Source: a virus (lineage: Duplodnaviria > Caudoviricetes). Taken from it: a stretch of DNA of 49,623 bases. Positions 1-7,722 of the stretch are shown piece by piece. A program made the position numbers and the translations under genes. Numbering within the stretch: position 1 is the first letter of the stretch; every line of letters begins with the position of its first letter. A model generated the notes under the pieces. That model saw only the letters and a list, made by a program, of their open reading frames with translations, had not been told where the DNA came from and did no database searches. The stretch covers positions 1 to 49,623 of the IMG/VR virus record IMGVR_UViG_3300028585_000031, one strand, 5' to 3'.

Positions 1-39
1 CTGGGCTGCTGCAGGTGCGCTATTTGTATTGTTGTCCAT
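1..39 (-). CDS. 5' end of an ORF running off the left edge (MDNNTNSAPAAAQ...)
   Basis: ATG at 39 preceded by a TAGGAG Shine-Dalgarno, just after the stop of the upstream gene. Confidence 0.55.
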   Translation of the reverse strand, partial: MDNNTNSAPAAAQ

Positions 40-46
40 ATTACTC

Positions 47-259
47 CTAATGTTGGGTATGGGCCTGAATCAGGTCCGGGTTGTCGATCATGGCCTGGAT
101 GAAGGCGCGGGCGTCAGCCGGGCCGCGCAGCTTGGCCAGCAGGTTGAAGCCGGCGACGATCAGTGAGTCGGCGCGGGCGGCCTGTTCGTCGGCGCTCAAC
201 TGCCAGAAGCCTATCCGCCCGAGCATAGCCAGTATCTCGTTGCTGTGCGTGCCGCTCAT
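47..259 (-). CDS. hypothetical protein (70 aa)
   Basis: ATG at 259 overlaps the stop of the upstream gene (ATGA); start moved from the ORF track. Confidence 0.65.
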   Translation of the reverse strand: MSGTHSNEILAMLGRIGFWQLSADEQAARADSLIVAGFNLLAKLRGPADARAFIQAMIDNPDLIQAHTQH

Positions 260-840
260 TCGCCGCGCACCATGACCAGGTAGTCGATGCAGGCGCCGAC
301 CATGGCCTTGCGAATTGCCATGCCGGCCGTATCGAACTGGTCCCACTTCGCGGTCTGGTGCACGGTGCCGACCGGACCATCAACCCATACGTCGACGCCT
401 TCCTCGTAGCGGCGCACGTTGATCGGCAAGCGTTCGAGTAAGTCCCCCATGGCCGAGGCGTCGCGGCGCCAGCGCGGGATCAGGCCGCGGGCCAATCGCG
501 GATCGCCGCCATGCTCGCCGCCAGTCGGGATGCCGAAGAAGAATGCGTTCGCATCCTTCACGCCCGGCATGTCGATCTTCGTGTAACCCAGAAGGCGCGA
601 CAGTTTGATCTCGGTATCAAGGATTTCCTGCAAGTCGTCTTCCGCGGTGCGCACGCAACTGACGTCGAGCATGGCGCGCGCATGCTCTTCGGTGCGTCCT
701 AACGCCTTGGCCCACTCGCGAAAGCTGCCGAAACCGGCGCGTCGCGCCAGCCCGGCCAGCGCGTGCGATTCGTCAATGCCAGTGGCATTGCCCAGGTTAT
801 AGCCCGATTCCTTGTCACGAATTTGATAAGTGTTCATCAT
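256..840 (-). CDS. hypothetical phage protein, C-terminal half NinX/ABA-sandwich-like
   Basis: 194-aa ORF coupled to both neighbours; PRW..D...MGDLLERL...AIRKAMVGACI pattern resembles NinX-type domains (by eye). Confidence 0.6.
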   Translation of the reverse strand: MMNTYQIRDKESGYNLGNATGIDESHALAGLARRAGFGSFREWAKALGRTEEHARAMLDVSCVRTAEDDLQEILDTEIKLSRLLGYTKIDMPGVKDANAFFFGIPTGGEHGGDPRLARGLIPRWRRDASAMGDLLERLPINVRRYEEGVDVWVDGPVGTVHQTAKWDQFDTAGMAIRKAMVGACIDYLVMVRGE

Positions 841-1004
841 GTCCTGCTCTCCTTGTTGTCGTGCACCTCTTCGGGCGCGGGTTGAAATTCTTCAGCCTCA
901 CGGCCGCGCTTAACGGCTTGGCGGATCATGTGCCCGATGATCGACAAATAAACCAGGGCAACGACCACCAGCGCCGTCAACTTTTCATGGGTTATTTCAG
1001 CCAT
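837..1004 (-). CDS. small single-TM membrane protein (55 aa)
   Basis: ATG at 1004 coupled to the upstream stop (TGATG); hydrophobic LTALVVVALVYLSIIG. Confidence 0.65.
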   Translation of the reverse strand: MAEITHEKLTALVVVALVYLSIIGHMIRQAVKRGREAEEFQPAPEEVHDNKESRT

Positions 1005-1279
1005 CACGCATCCTGCAAGGTGACAATGCTGACCCATGCATCAACTATGCGCAGCATGAGCGAAAACACCAGCACCGCGCCGCCGGCGGCCAGAACTTCA
1101 TTCGGCAGATCGGCGAACAAACCGATCAGCATCACCGTACGTACCAGTGCGCCAAACACGTCACGGATGGCTACGCTGGTGTCTTCGCGGTGGATCGTCA
1201 TAGCACTGGCGATGCGGATGAAATGGCCGGCAATGAAGTCCCGGGCGGCAATGGTGATGATGGTCTTGGCGTGGCTCAT
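1004..1279 (-). CDS. small membrane protein (91 aa, about 2 TM)
   Basis: ATG at 1279 with GGAG SD; two hydrophobic stretches. Confidence 0.65.
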   Translation of the reverse strand: MSHAKTIITIAARDFIAGHFIRIASAMTIHREDTSVAIRDVFGALVRTVMLIGLFADLPNEVLAAGGAVLVFSLMLRIVDAWVSIVTLQDA

Positions 1280-1324
1280 GGATTCTCCAGGTGGGTCGGC
1301 GCGGGGTGCGCCTATATGTGAGTT

Positions 1325-1355
1325 ACTATATAGCGTCTTGCCATATATGGCAAGA
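1325..1355 (-). promoter_or_regulatory. sigma70-type promoter with an overlapping 20-bp palindromic operator
   Basis: Minus strand TTGCCA-17 nt-TATAGT; perfect palindrome TCTTGCCATATATGGCAAGA at 1336-1355; AT-rich tract upstream. Confidence 0.75.
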
Positions 1356-1436
1356 TTTAATTTATTGTGTTTGACGAAAAAAAGACGCTGACCGGTTTCC
1401 CGTCCCAGCGCCAAAGGTGCTACCCCAGAACATGCC

Positions 1437-1907
1437 TTATTCGTCAGTGCTGCGGCGCCGTAGCGGCGCGGTACGGGTTGACAAGTTATGCGGGTCGTAG
1501 TCGCGCTCGAGCGTGAATTTAACGTCGTGGCCGGGCGTGGGCCAGCCTGACAGCTTCTCCGGATACCGGGGCGCTGCGCGACGGTGGTGGAACGATGCGC
1601 CGAGCGGATCGTCTTCGCGGCGTGCCGGGGCTGCAATTTCGACTTTCGACACTGTGGCTATTGATTTTTCAATCAAAAGGTCAAAGCCTGCCCTTTTGGC
1701 ATCAGCGATCAACAAGTCGGCGCGAAACTGAATCGAAATATCATCCGGGCCGTTGCGCTCCATCAATGCATTGATCCCGGCGTGAATCACCTGATCCAGC
1801 GATGCTGACGTGGTTTGGTACGTGATATCTCGATCCCCATGCAATTTATAGGCGATCAGGCGTGTGATATCAAAAGTTTCTGGTGTGTCTTTTTCCATCG
1901 TAGTCAT
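1437..1907 (-). CDS. hypothetical protein
   Basis: 156-aa ORF, ATGA overlap with the upstream gene. Confidence 0.6.
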   Translation of the reverse strand: MTTMEKDTPETFDITRLIAYKLHGDRDITYQTTSASLDQVIHAGINALMERNGPDDISIQFRADLLIADAKRAGFDLLIEKSIATVSKVEIAAPARREDDPLGASFHHRRAAPRYPEKLSGWPTPGHDVKFTLERDYDPHNLSTRTAPLRRRSTDE

Positions 1908-2122
1908 CCCTTTCGTGTTGGTGCTGCGTGATAGTGCTGCTCGGCGATGGCGGCGGCCTCGCTTTCGCCCAGTTGGTCAACGTCGATGTGCGTCATCCAG
2001 CAGCGGTGCCGGTGGTCGATCGCCCATTCGATCAGAATGCCAGCCATCAGCAGCACGGCCACCACGCAGGCGACCAGCAGCAGCGCCAGATCGGCGTCCG
2101 TCATGTGCACGAAGTCAAGCAT
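1904..2122 (-). CDS. small membrane protein
   Basis: 72 aa, one long hydrophobic segment, coupled to neighbours. Confidence 0.6.
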   Translation of the reverse strand: MLDFVHMTDADLALLLVACVVAVLLMAGILIEWAIDHRHRCWMTHIDVDQLGESEAAAIAEQHYHAAPTRKG

Positions 2123-2675
2123 GGTCCGCCTCGAGTACCGGCAGCTGCACGCGCTGAGCCAGTGTCGCCAACGCCAGCGTTTCCAGTTCCTTGGCGATGC
2201 GCTCTATTTCGCGCACGGCGGTGGTAACGCGCCCGATCGACGCCTTGAATTCGTCGCAGATTTCGGGAATGCTCCAGCCGTTGCCGCGGTCGCGCACGGC
2301 GATGTAGTGGCGTTTGACCAGCTTATCTACTAGGTGCTGGTTGCTTACCCAGGACGTGAGCGGTATGCGGTAGCTGGGCTGCAGTCGGCCGGCGGCCTGG
2401 CGCCGCGCCTCCCAGTCGCGCGAGTAGGCCGCGATCAGGGCGTCGCGCTCATGGCTCGACAGTCCCAACTCGATTGCCTTGTTCGCCTCGTCGCCGAATC
2501 GGCCTATGTACTCCAGCGTCGGCGCGTCAAGCAGCACGCGCGGCACGTTCACATGGGCCTCGTTCAGCGCCACCGTCACGAGCGATGCGCGCGAAACAAG
2601 CCCTTCTAGGTCGGCCTGGTGCGCCAGCGAGAAAGCAAAGTGCACGGCTTGGCGGTAGTCCTTGAAGATGTCCAT
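2115..2675 (-). CDS. putative late-gene regulator (antiterminator Q-like position, C-terminal HTH)
   Basis: AGGAG SD; C-terminal WSIPEICDEFKASIGRVTTAV HTH-like segment; lies just downstream of the resolvase, as Q genes often do. Confidence 0.45.
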   Translation of the reverse strand: MDIFKDYRQAVHFAFSLAHQADLEGLVSRASLVTVALNEAHVNVPRVLLDAPTLEYIGRFGDEANKAIELGLSSHERDALIAAYSRDWEARRQAAGRLQPSYRIPLTSWVSNQHLVDKLVKRHYIAVRDRGNGWSIPEICDEFKASIGRVTTAVREIERIAKELETLALATLAQRVQLPVLEADHA

Positions 2676-2704
2676 CTTTTCTCCTTATAGTTGTTGAGCC
2701 GATA

Positions 2705-3178
2705 CTACTTCGATCCGTGCCAGTTGGCGACCGTTACCGCAACACCCAGGGCCGGCCACGCGTGCGAAGAGACGCCGAACAGCGGGCCGGGCGCCGACTT
2801 GATGCCGATCTGCGGGCACTTGCCGCCGCCGGTGCGCGGGAATAGGTCGAGCAGCGCCTGGCGGATGTTCGCGTCCTTCGCGCGCGGCGTGCCGCAAAGG
2901 TGCATCTTCACGTCCTTGCGGTAGACCAACTTGACCGCCCCCGGATCATGCCATGATTGGGTGAAGCGTCCCACCCATTCACACGTCTCGAAAACTTCAC
3001 GCCCGACCGCCATGCCATACGATGCAATTCGCTCGATCGCCAGGTGCTGCGCCGCCGTGTTCAGGATCATGGCGATGATGTCGCGGTTCGGCGCCACGCC
3101 GGAATCGGCGACGGCACCACATACGAAATGGCACCACCCCGATTCGACCGGCCCGGGATCAATCGCTAAGATGTCCAT
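2705..3178 (-). CDS. RuvC-like Holliday junction resolvase
   Basis: N-terminal ILAIDPG, central AIE, VKMHLCG...AKD, C-terminal SHAWPALGVA; start set at ATG 3178. Confidence 0.8.
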   Translation of the reverse strand: MDILAIDPGPVESGWCHFVCGAVADSGVAPNRDIIAMILNTAAQHLAIERIASYGMAVGREVFETCEWVGRFTQSWHDPGAVKLVYRKDVKMHLCGTPRAKDANIRQALLDLFPRTGGGKCPQIGIKSAPGPLFGVSSHAWPALGVAVTVANWHGSK

Positions 3179-3317
3179 CCATCCGTCCTTTCTCGGGCAG
3201 CATGTCGCCGTAATGCGGTGGGTTGTGCAGCACCTCGATTTCTTCGGGTCGAGGTGCGCGGCGCAGTACGTCGGCCTGCGGGCGAATGCAGGCTGGCAGC
3301 TCGGGCAGGTCAAACAT
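3159..3317 (-). CDS. possible 52-aa hypothetical protein (MFDLPELPACIRPQ...)
   Basis: Fills the gap between two genes; ATG overlaps the end of the upstream gene; too short for the ORF track. Confidence 0.4.
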   Translation of the reverse strand: MFDLPELPACIRPQADVLRRAPRPEEIEVLHNPPHYGDMLPEKGRMDGHLSD

Positions 3318-3693
3318 CGTGCGCGCCCCCAGCCAAGGTTTGGATCATCATGTCAGCATAATATCGGCGCCACGCGAAAAACGATTTCGCGCGCTGCACC
3401 ATCGCCCATTCGGCGGCGACCTTCTTTGCCGTCCATTCAGTGTTGATGAACGCCAATACTGCAGCCGAGATTTCGCCCTGGTGCTCTTCAGCCTTGACCT
3501 TGTAGTATTCGTGACGTTGATCCACGGTGAGCACGCAAGTCGAAGGCACAACAGGCGCCGGCTCTTCGCTTTGCTGCTTGAACCATTCTGGCATTGCTGG
3601 CGCATGCGCGGCAAAGTATTCCCTGGTGCCGAATACGGCTGGACGTGCGATAGGCGCATATTGCGCTGCGAATTCGTCGTTGACCGAGTTCAC
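3310..3693 (-). CDS. hypothetical phage protein
   Basis: 127 aa; TREYFAAHAP ... AWRRYYADMMI pattern is common in phage accessory ORFs; GTGA overlap. Confidence 0.7.
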   Translation of the reverse strand: MNSVNDEFAAQYAPIARPAVFGTREYFAAHAPAMPEWFKQQSEEPAPVVPSTCVLTVDQRHEYYKVKAEEHQGEISAAVLAFINTEWTAKKVAAEWAMVQRAKSFFAWRRYYADMMIQTLAGGAHDV

Positions 3694-4217
3694 TTTTCGA
3701 TCCTTTCATAGATGGCCAGCAGTTCGTCGTAAGGCAATGCCGACAGCATAGATTTCTTGTAGACCCGGTTATCTTCCGAATCCAGATCGACCGCATCGTA
3801 GTCCTGCATCACATCAAACCCGTTGCCACCGAATTCGGCCGCGCCGATGATCGCATGCACCAGCATGCTATGCGGGATCTCGGCCGGCACCGGCACAAAC
3901 TGCTGCTCGCCAGCCATCGGGATCGCTTCGCCGGTGGCGCGCTTGGTGATGAAGGCGACGAATTCGGGCTTGCTCATCGGGACCGCATTGCCCTCGTGCG
4001 GGAACACTTTCAGCAGTTCCAGGTCGAGCGCCGGCGCGATGGCCTCCGCAATCTGCACCCGGGTCGGGATCACGCCCGGCGGCATGTCGTACAGCGCGCG
4101 CGCCGTTTTGCCGTCCTCGGTTTTCATCCGCACCGCGACCGTGACTTCGATCGGCGCGTGCATGTCCATCGGATCGAGCGGCAAAACTTCAAACTTGGGG
4201 TTCTGGCTGTCGTCCAT
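3690..4217 (-). CDS. hypothetical protein
   Basis: 175-aa ORF with typical GC3-rich codons. Confidence 0.7.
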   Translation of the reverse strand: MDDSQNPKFEVLPLDPMDMHAPIEVTVAVRMKTEDGKTARALYDMPPGVIPTRVQIAEAIAPALDLELLKVFPHEGNAVPMSKPEFVAFITKRATGEAIPMAGEQQFVPVPAEIPHSMLVHAIIGAAEFGGNGFDVMQDYDAVDLDSEDNRVYKKSMLSALPYDELLAIYERIEK

Positions 4218-4410
4218 TTTCTTCTTTCTGTCGTAGTTGTTTTACAAGGATTGCGCGATGGCGCATGTCCGTCGCGCGCAGGTGCAGCACGCAAGCCGGA
4301 CTATCCCAGCTTGCGGGTCTTTCAAAGCCTTCGCACTCAGCGCGCCCGCTGCCGGCCATACTTTCGGCCAGCGGAAAGCGCGAGCAGCTGGCGCAGGTGT
4401 CGGAGCTCAC
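4189..4410 (-). CDS. small Cys-rich hypothetical protein
   Basis: CxxC...C...C pattern; starts 2 nt after the upstream stop and fills the gap. Confidence 0.45.
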   Translation of the reverse strand: MSSDTCASCSRFPLAESMAGSGRAECEGFERPASWDSPACVLHLRATDMRHRAILVKQLRQKEENGRQPEPQV

Positions 4411-4411
4411 G

Positions 4412-5101
4412 TCAGATATCAGTCAGATCGTTGACTTCGCCCGGCTTCGGGAACCAGGTCGGCAGCGTGTCGAAACTATCGCGCAGCTTCATGATGCCGC
4501 CGAAGCATTCCAGGTCGCCCAGGCCCGACAGCACGAAGGTCAGCGGGCTGTCCGCGTCGCGGGTATAGAAGCGGATCGAATTGCCGAAGCTTTTGCCGAT
4601 CGTGAGCGCGTCTGCCAGGTAGCGTGGATTGACGGCACCGACGATGCCTTCCTTGTAGCCGATCAGGCTGGCCACGCGCTCGATGCGCGGGAAATCCGCT
4701 TCGATGATCGAATTGCCTGGCTGGATGAACAGCGCCTGCGCCACCTCGCCCGAGATCATCGCCGTGCCGTTGCTCATCACATCCAGCGTGTGCTTCGCAT
4801 TGCCGGCATGCTTCAGGGCGTCCTTTGGCACGGACACGATCAACTCTTTCTCGATGTAGCCGTTCGGGTCGCGCACAACGATATAGCGGTGCCCGTCGGT
4901 GGCCACCACCATTACGCCGCCGTCTTCCAGCGGGCGCAGGTTGATGCCGGTCAGGTAGAACCGGATGTCCTGCTGCGCGACGAACGGGAACACCAGCTTG
5001 ACAGCGATTGCCGATACGCGCGCAATCATGTGCGAATCTGCCTTCTCGGCTTCCGGCACGCCGGCCAGGGTTGTCTGTTCGTTTTGGGTAGTCGTATTCA
5101 T
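4412..5101 (-). CDS. DNA polymerase III beta-clamp homolog (short, 229 aa)
   Basis: DIRFYLTGI, VVATDGHRY, FPRIERV and VNPRYL motifs match DnaN signature segments; AGGAG SD. Confidence 0.8.
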   Translation of the reverse strand: MNTTTQNEQTTLAGVPEAEKADSHMIARVSAIAVKLVFPFVAQQDIRFYLTGINLRPLEDGGVMVVATDGHRYIVVRDPNGYIEKELIVSVPKDALKHAGNAKHTLDVMSNGTAMISGEVAQALFIQPGNSIIEADFPRIERVASLIGYKEGIVGAVNPRYLADALTIGKSFGNSIRFYTRDADSPLTFVLSGLGDLECFGGIMKLRDSFDTLPTWFPKPGEVNDLTDI

Positions 5102-5138
5102 GGTGCTTTTTCTCCTAGTTGGGGTGGGGTAGTGGGTG

Positions 5139-5327
5139 CTACGGTTTCTTCTGCTTGACCAGGCCGGCCAGCTTCGCCTGTTGCGCGGCCCATTCCTTAT
5201 AGAGGCGCGAACGGCTGATCGACGTTACGCGCAACCCTGTCATCTTTGCGGCCGTGGTGCGTGTGGCGCCACCCTTAATCAGGGCGATCGCTTCCAGCAT
5301 CTGCGCCGAAACTCTTGCGCTCATCAT
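5139..5327 (-). CDS. small HTH DNA-binding protein
   Basis: GATRTTAAKMTGLRVTSISRS HTH pattern. Confidence 0.65.
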   Translation of the reverse strand: MMSARVSAQMLEAIALIKGGATRTTAAKMTGLRVTSISRSRLYKEWAAQQAKLAGLVKQKKP

Positions 5328-5393
5328 GGTCCTTTCGTTTTCATATGCGAGTCGTTATTGTAGTCTTTTAATGCGACCATTGGGCAAAAAAAT

Positions 5394-6050
5394 TCAGCCA
5401 GACGGCGCTTTCGTGTTGCTTGCCAGCCGCACCATTTCGCCCGCCTGCTGCATACCGAGCATGCCGGCGACATTGCCGCGCTTAAATACCTGCTTGGCCT
5501 TTTCCTGGTTTCCGACCAGGATGGCAGGCAGAAGCGGCAAGTTGTGCGCGGAGTTGTGCGCGTTACCGGCGCCAGTCAGCCGTGCCGGATAGTCGGGCAG
5601 CTCGCCACGAATACGGAAGGCGCGGTAGCGAGTCTGAAATTCCTTGCCGGCGAAATGCAGGTCTTTCTCGTCCGGGATGCTTGCCAGTTTGACCCATCCG
5701 CCCATATCGGCGATCACGCGATGGATCAGGGCGTCATCGAAAATCAGGTCGTCATAGACGCCGCGGGTGCGCACTGCGCCTTCCACCTTGGACCACGCCA
5801 CGGCGGCCTGGTCGACCGTGCTTCCCTCGATCATCTTGATGATGTCGGAATTGCGCGGCATCCAGCGCCCGGCCTCGTCTGGCAACTGTGTATGTGCCCA
5901 GCACGCTTTTTCGATGGCCTCGTAGTCGTATTGCTTCAGCCCTTGCCAGTAGATGCCGGCCACGGCCTTGCTGATCTCGGATTTGTAGTAGTCGGAAAGT
6001 GCGGTCAGCAGCGCGGCAAAGCGGCGGCGCTCGTCGATGTTATCGTCCAC
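5394..6050 (-). CDS. DUF6475-type replication protein (putative helicase loader/inhibitor)
   Basis: N-terminal Y/W..L..Y...GRWMP loader-like domain, then AW.KV..AV...G.Y..LIFDD.LIH.VI.DMGGW; follows an initiator-like gene. Confidence 0.7.
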   Translation of the reverse strand: MDDNIDERRRFAALLTALSDYYKSEISKAVAGIYWQGLKQYDYEAIEKACWAHTQLPDEAGRWMPRNSDIIKMIEGSTVDQAAVAWSKVEGAVRTRGVYDDLIFDDALIHRVIADMGGWVKLASIPDEKDLHFAGKEFQTRYRAFRIRGELPDYPARLTGAGNAHNSAHNLPLLPAILVGNQEKAKQVFKRGNVAGMLGMQQAGEMVRLASNTKAPSG

Positions 6051-6366
6051 TTTCGTAGTCCTCCAGCCAGTCCTGCAGGTTGTTGGCGGTTGCCTGGCCG
6101 TGCTTACCCAGGGCCGGGAAGGTGACGCGGTTGACCTTTGCCGGGTCAGCGCGCCGCTCCGTGATCGGGAACAGGCCCAGCCACGAATTCATGGTGGACT
6201 GGTCGAGCACTGCCGCTACATCTTGCCCTTCGGCGCGCAGCTTTTCAAGCGTCCCGATCGCCAGCTTGACTGCGCGGTCGGTTTTCAGAGGTTTCTTGAT
6301 CTTGGTGCGCATTTCGACGAAGCCTTCCCACGCTTCCAGCGGCATCCAGTCCGGCAGCGCGATCAC
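6040..6366 (-). CDS. replication-initiator C-terminal-domain-like protein (108 aa)
   Basis: LPDW.P.EAW..FV.MR..IKKP......K..I..L......G.D...VL.QS..N.W.GLF resembles the C-terminal domain of O-like phage initiators. Confidence 0.65.
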   Translation of the reverse strand: MIALPDWMPLEAWEGFVEMRTKIKKPLKTDRAVKLAIGTLEKLRAEGQDVAAVLDQSTMNSWLGLFPITERRADPAKVNRVTFPALGKHGQATANNLQDWLEDYESGR

Positions 6367-6563
6367 TTTGGCACCTCGTCGCCCAGTGCACGCGCCGTAA
6401 TTTCGCCTTCGGCCTGCTTGATGGCGCCAATGACAGCCTGTGCGTGCTCGGGCCAGAACGAAATGTAGCTGTCATCCATCTGGTGGTTGATTTGCTTGAT
6501 GATGATCTGCCCATCGGCATCGACGAAAACTTCGATCATGGCTTGCTCCCTCACTGCGATCAT
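6363..6563 (-). CDS. hypothetical protein (66 aa)
   Basis: ATG at 6563 overlaps the upstream stop (ATGA); AGGAG SD. Confidence 0.65.
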   Translation of the reverse strand: MIAVREQAMIEVFVDADGQIIIKQINHQMDDSYISFWPEHAQAVIGAIKQAEGEITARALGDEVPK

Positions 6564-7246
6564 AATTGCTCCTTGATTTGGTATTTGGCCCATTCACCCG
6601 CTACCCAGGCAATGCCTTTCGGAGTGAAGCGGGCCGAGTTGTAGGCATGGCCGCTGATTTCAGCCGTGCCGGCGCGCACATCGAACCGGCCGGCGTCGAT
6701 ATGCTCGGCATAGGGCGCCCATTCGCCGCCCAGCTTGTACATCACTTTGCGCTCTTCCAAGAATTTGCGGAAGTCGGGTTCTTTGACGCGCAGCAGTTTG
6801 CAGACCTGCCGGAATCCCTTCGACCCGGTGCTATCCACATAGCGGTCCACGAAGTCCAGGGCTGGCTTCGCCGCTTCCAGTTCAGCGGCAAGACGGATTC
6901 GCTCGCGCTCGGATGTCATGGCGATTTCCAAGATCTCGATTGTCGATAGCTGGCGGTTATAGGCGACGCCAGATTCGAGCTCTTGCCAGCGGTCGACCAG
7001 CCGTGCTGTAAATTCTGGAGACAACTGCGCAACCACTACGTAGGAGTCGCGTTTGCACAAATGGTATTCACCGGCCGGGCGCCCGAGGGCGTCGAGGTAT
7101 TCCCCCAGTGGGGGATCACCGATCAGCCCGCTTTTCACCAGCCGCTCGATACTTTGCTTCACTTTGTCGTGCCGCGATTCGACCAGCTCCGCGATTTCCC
7201 GGCTCGTCATCGTCGGGCCTGCATTGCCTAAGATCATCTGGTTCAT
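6560..7246 (-). CDS. Rha-family / KilAC (ANT) antirepressor
   Basis: MTSREIAELVESRHDKVKQSIERL...VVAQLSPEFTARLVDRWQELE (Rha) plus KPALDFVDRYV...FTPKGIAWVA (ANT); AGGAGG SD. Confidence 0.9.
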   Translation of the reverse strand: MNQMILGNAGPTMTSREIAELVESRHDKVKQSIERLVKSGLIGDPPLGEYLDALGRPAGEYHLCKRDSYVVVAQLSPEFTARLVDRWQELESGVAYNRQLSTIEILEIAMTSERERIRLAAELEAAKPALDFVDRYVDSTGSKGFRQVCKLLRVKEPDFRKFLEERKVMYKLGGEWAPYAEHIDAGRFDVRAGTAEISGHAYNSARFTPKGIAWVAGEWAKYQIKEQL

Positions 7247-7261
7247 CTATCACCCTCCTTG

Positions 7262-7500
7262 GATTTTGATGTTTTCACCCAATCGCCCCCTAACCCCTGA
7301 GTTACTAGGGCAGAGAGGATGAGCGTCACCCCGATAAATCGGACCCCTGTCAGCTAACAGTCGATGCTGTTACGCCCTCGGCCACAGGATTCACGCCAGC
7401 CGGCGGATTTTAGGAATTGCACCTCGCGCTCGCGCGCACCGCTACTCTGTTCTTCCACGCCGTCGAGTTGGACGCTTTCTGTCGTGTGGAGTACGGAGAT
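7262..7500 (-). ncRNA. structured non-coding segment ending in G-tracts (candidate primer RNA/origin)
   Basis: No credible ORF; stems CCGTACTC/GAGTAGCGG, TAACAG/CTGTTA, TCCGAT/ATCGGG; ends TCAGGGGTTAGGGGGCGATTGGGTGAAAAC. Confidence 0.4.
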
Positions 7501-7637
7501 TGGGAGCATGCAGAAAATGAAAAACGCGATGAGTCTGAACACCTCGTGCCGGGGAGGCACGTTGGCAGACTGGGACAGTTGACCCAGCAGGTGTTCAGGC
7601 TGATCGCGTTTCTTACTGTTTGCGTGCTGCCAAGCAC
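7500..7637 (-). ncRNA. C4/CI-type antisense RNA with 5' target hairpin
   Basis: Long stem AAACGCGAT..CTGAACACCT/AGGTGTTCAG..ATCGCGTTT encloses two hairpins separated by unpaired CTGCCAA, which is complementary to TTGGCAG in the 5' hairpin GTGC-TTGGCA-GCAC; lies upstream of an antirepressor. Confidence 0.7.
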
Positions 7638-7643
7638 AAAAGA

Positions 7644-7672
7644 ATTATTGACCGATGACCGAAGAAAAGCAA
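7644..7672 (-). promoter_or_regulatory. sigma70-type promoter for the RNA leader/antirepressor/replication operon
   Basis: TTGCTT-17 nt-AATAAT on the minus strand, directly after a terminator. Confidence 0.7.
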
Positions 7673-7689
7673 CTACTTTTTGCGAGTCG

Positions 7690-7715
7690 TTAAAAAAGCC
7701 CCATGTAAGGGGCTT
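7690..7715 (-). terminator. intrinsic terminator
   Basis: AAGCCCC-TTACAT-GGGGCTT followed by a T run, just after the DUF1364 gene stop. Confidence 0.85.
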
Positions 7716-7722
7716 GCAAGGG

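Noticed and set aside
837-1279. Holin/antiholin pair
   Set aside because: Membrane segments present, but no endolysin or spanin nearby and the genes have their own promoter; cannot be supported
3179-3313. Cys-rich N-terminal extension of the RuvC-like ORF
   Set aside because: The RuvC fold starts at MDILAIDPG; a separate 52-aa ORF in another frame explains the region better
5357-5387. Promoter TTGCCC...TACAAT upstream of the small HTH gene
   Set aside because: Spacer is 19 nt; plausible but too weak to list as a feature
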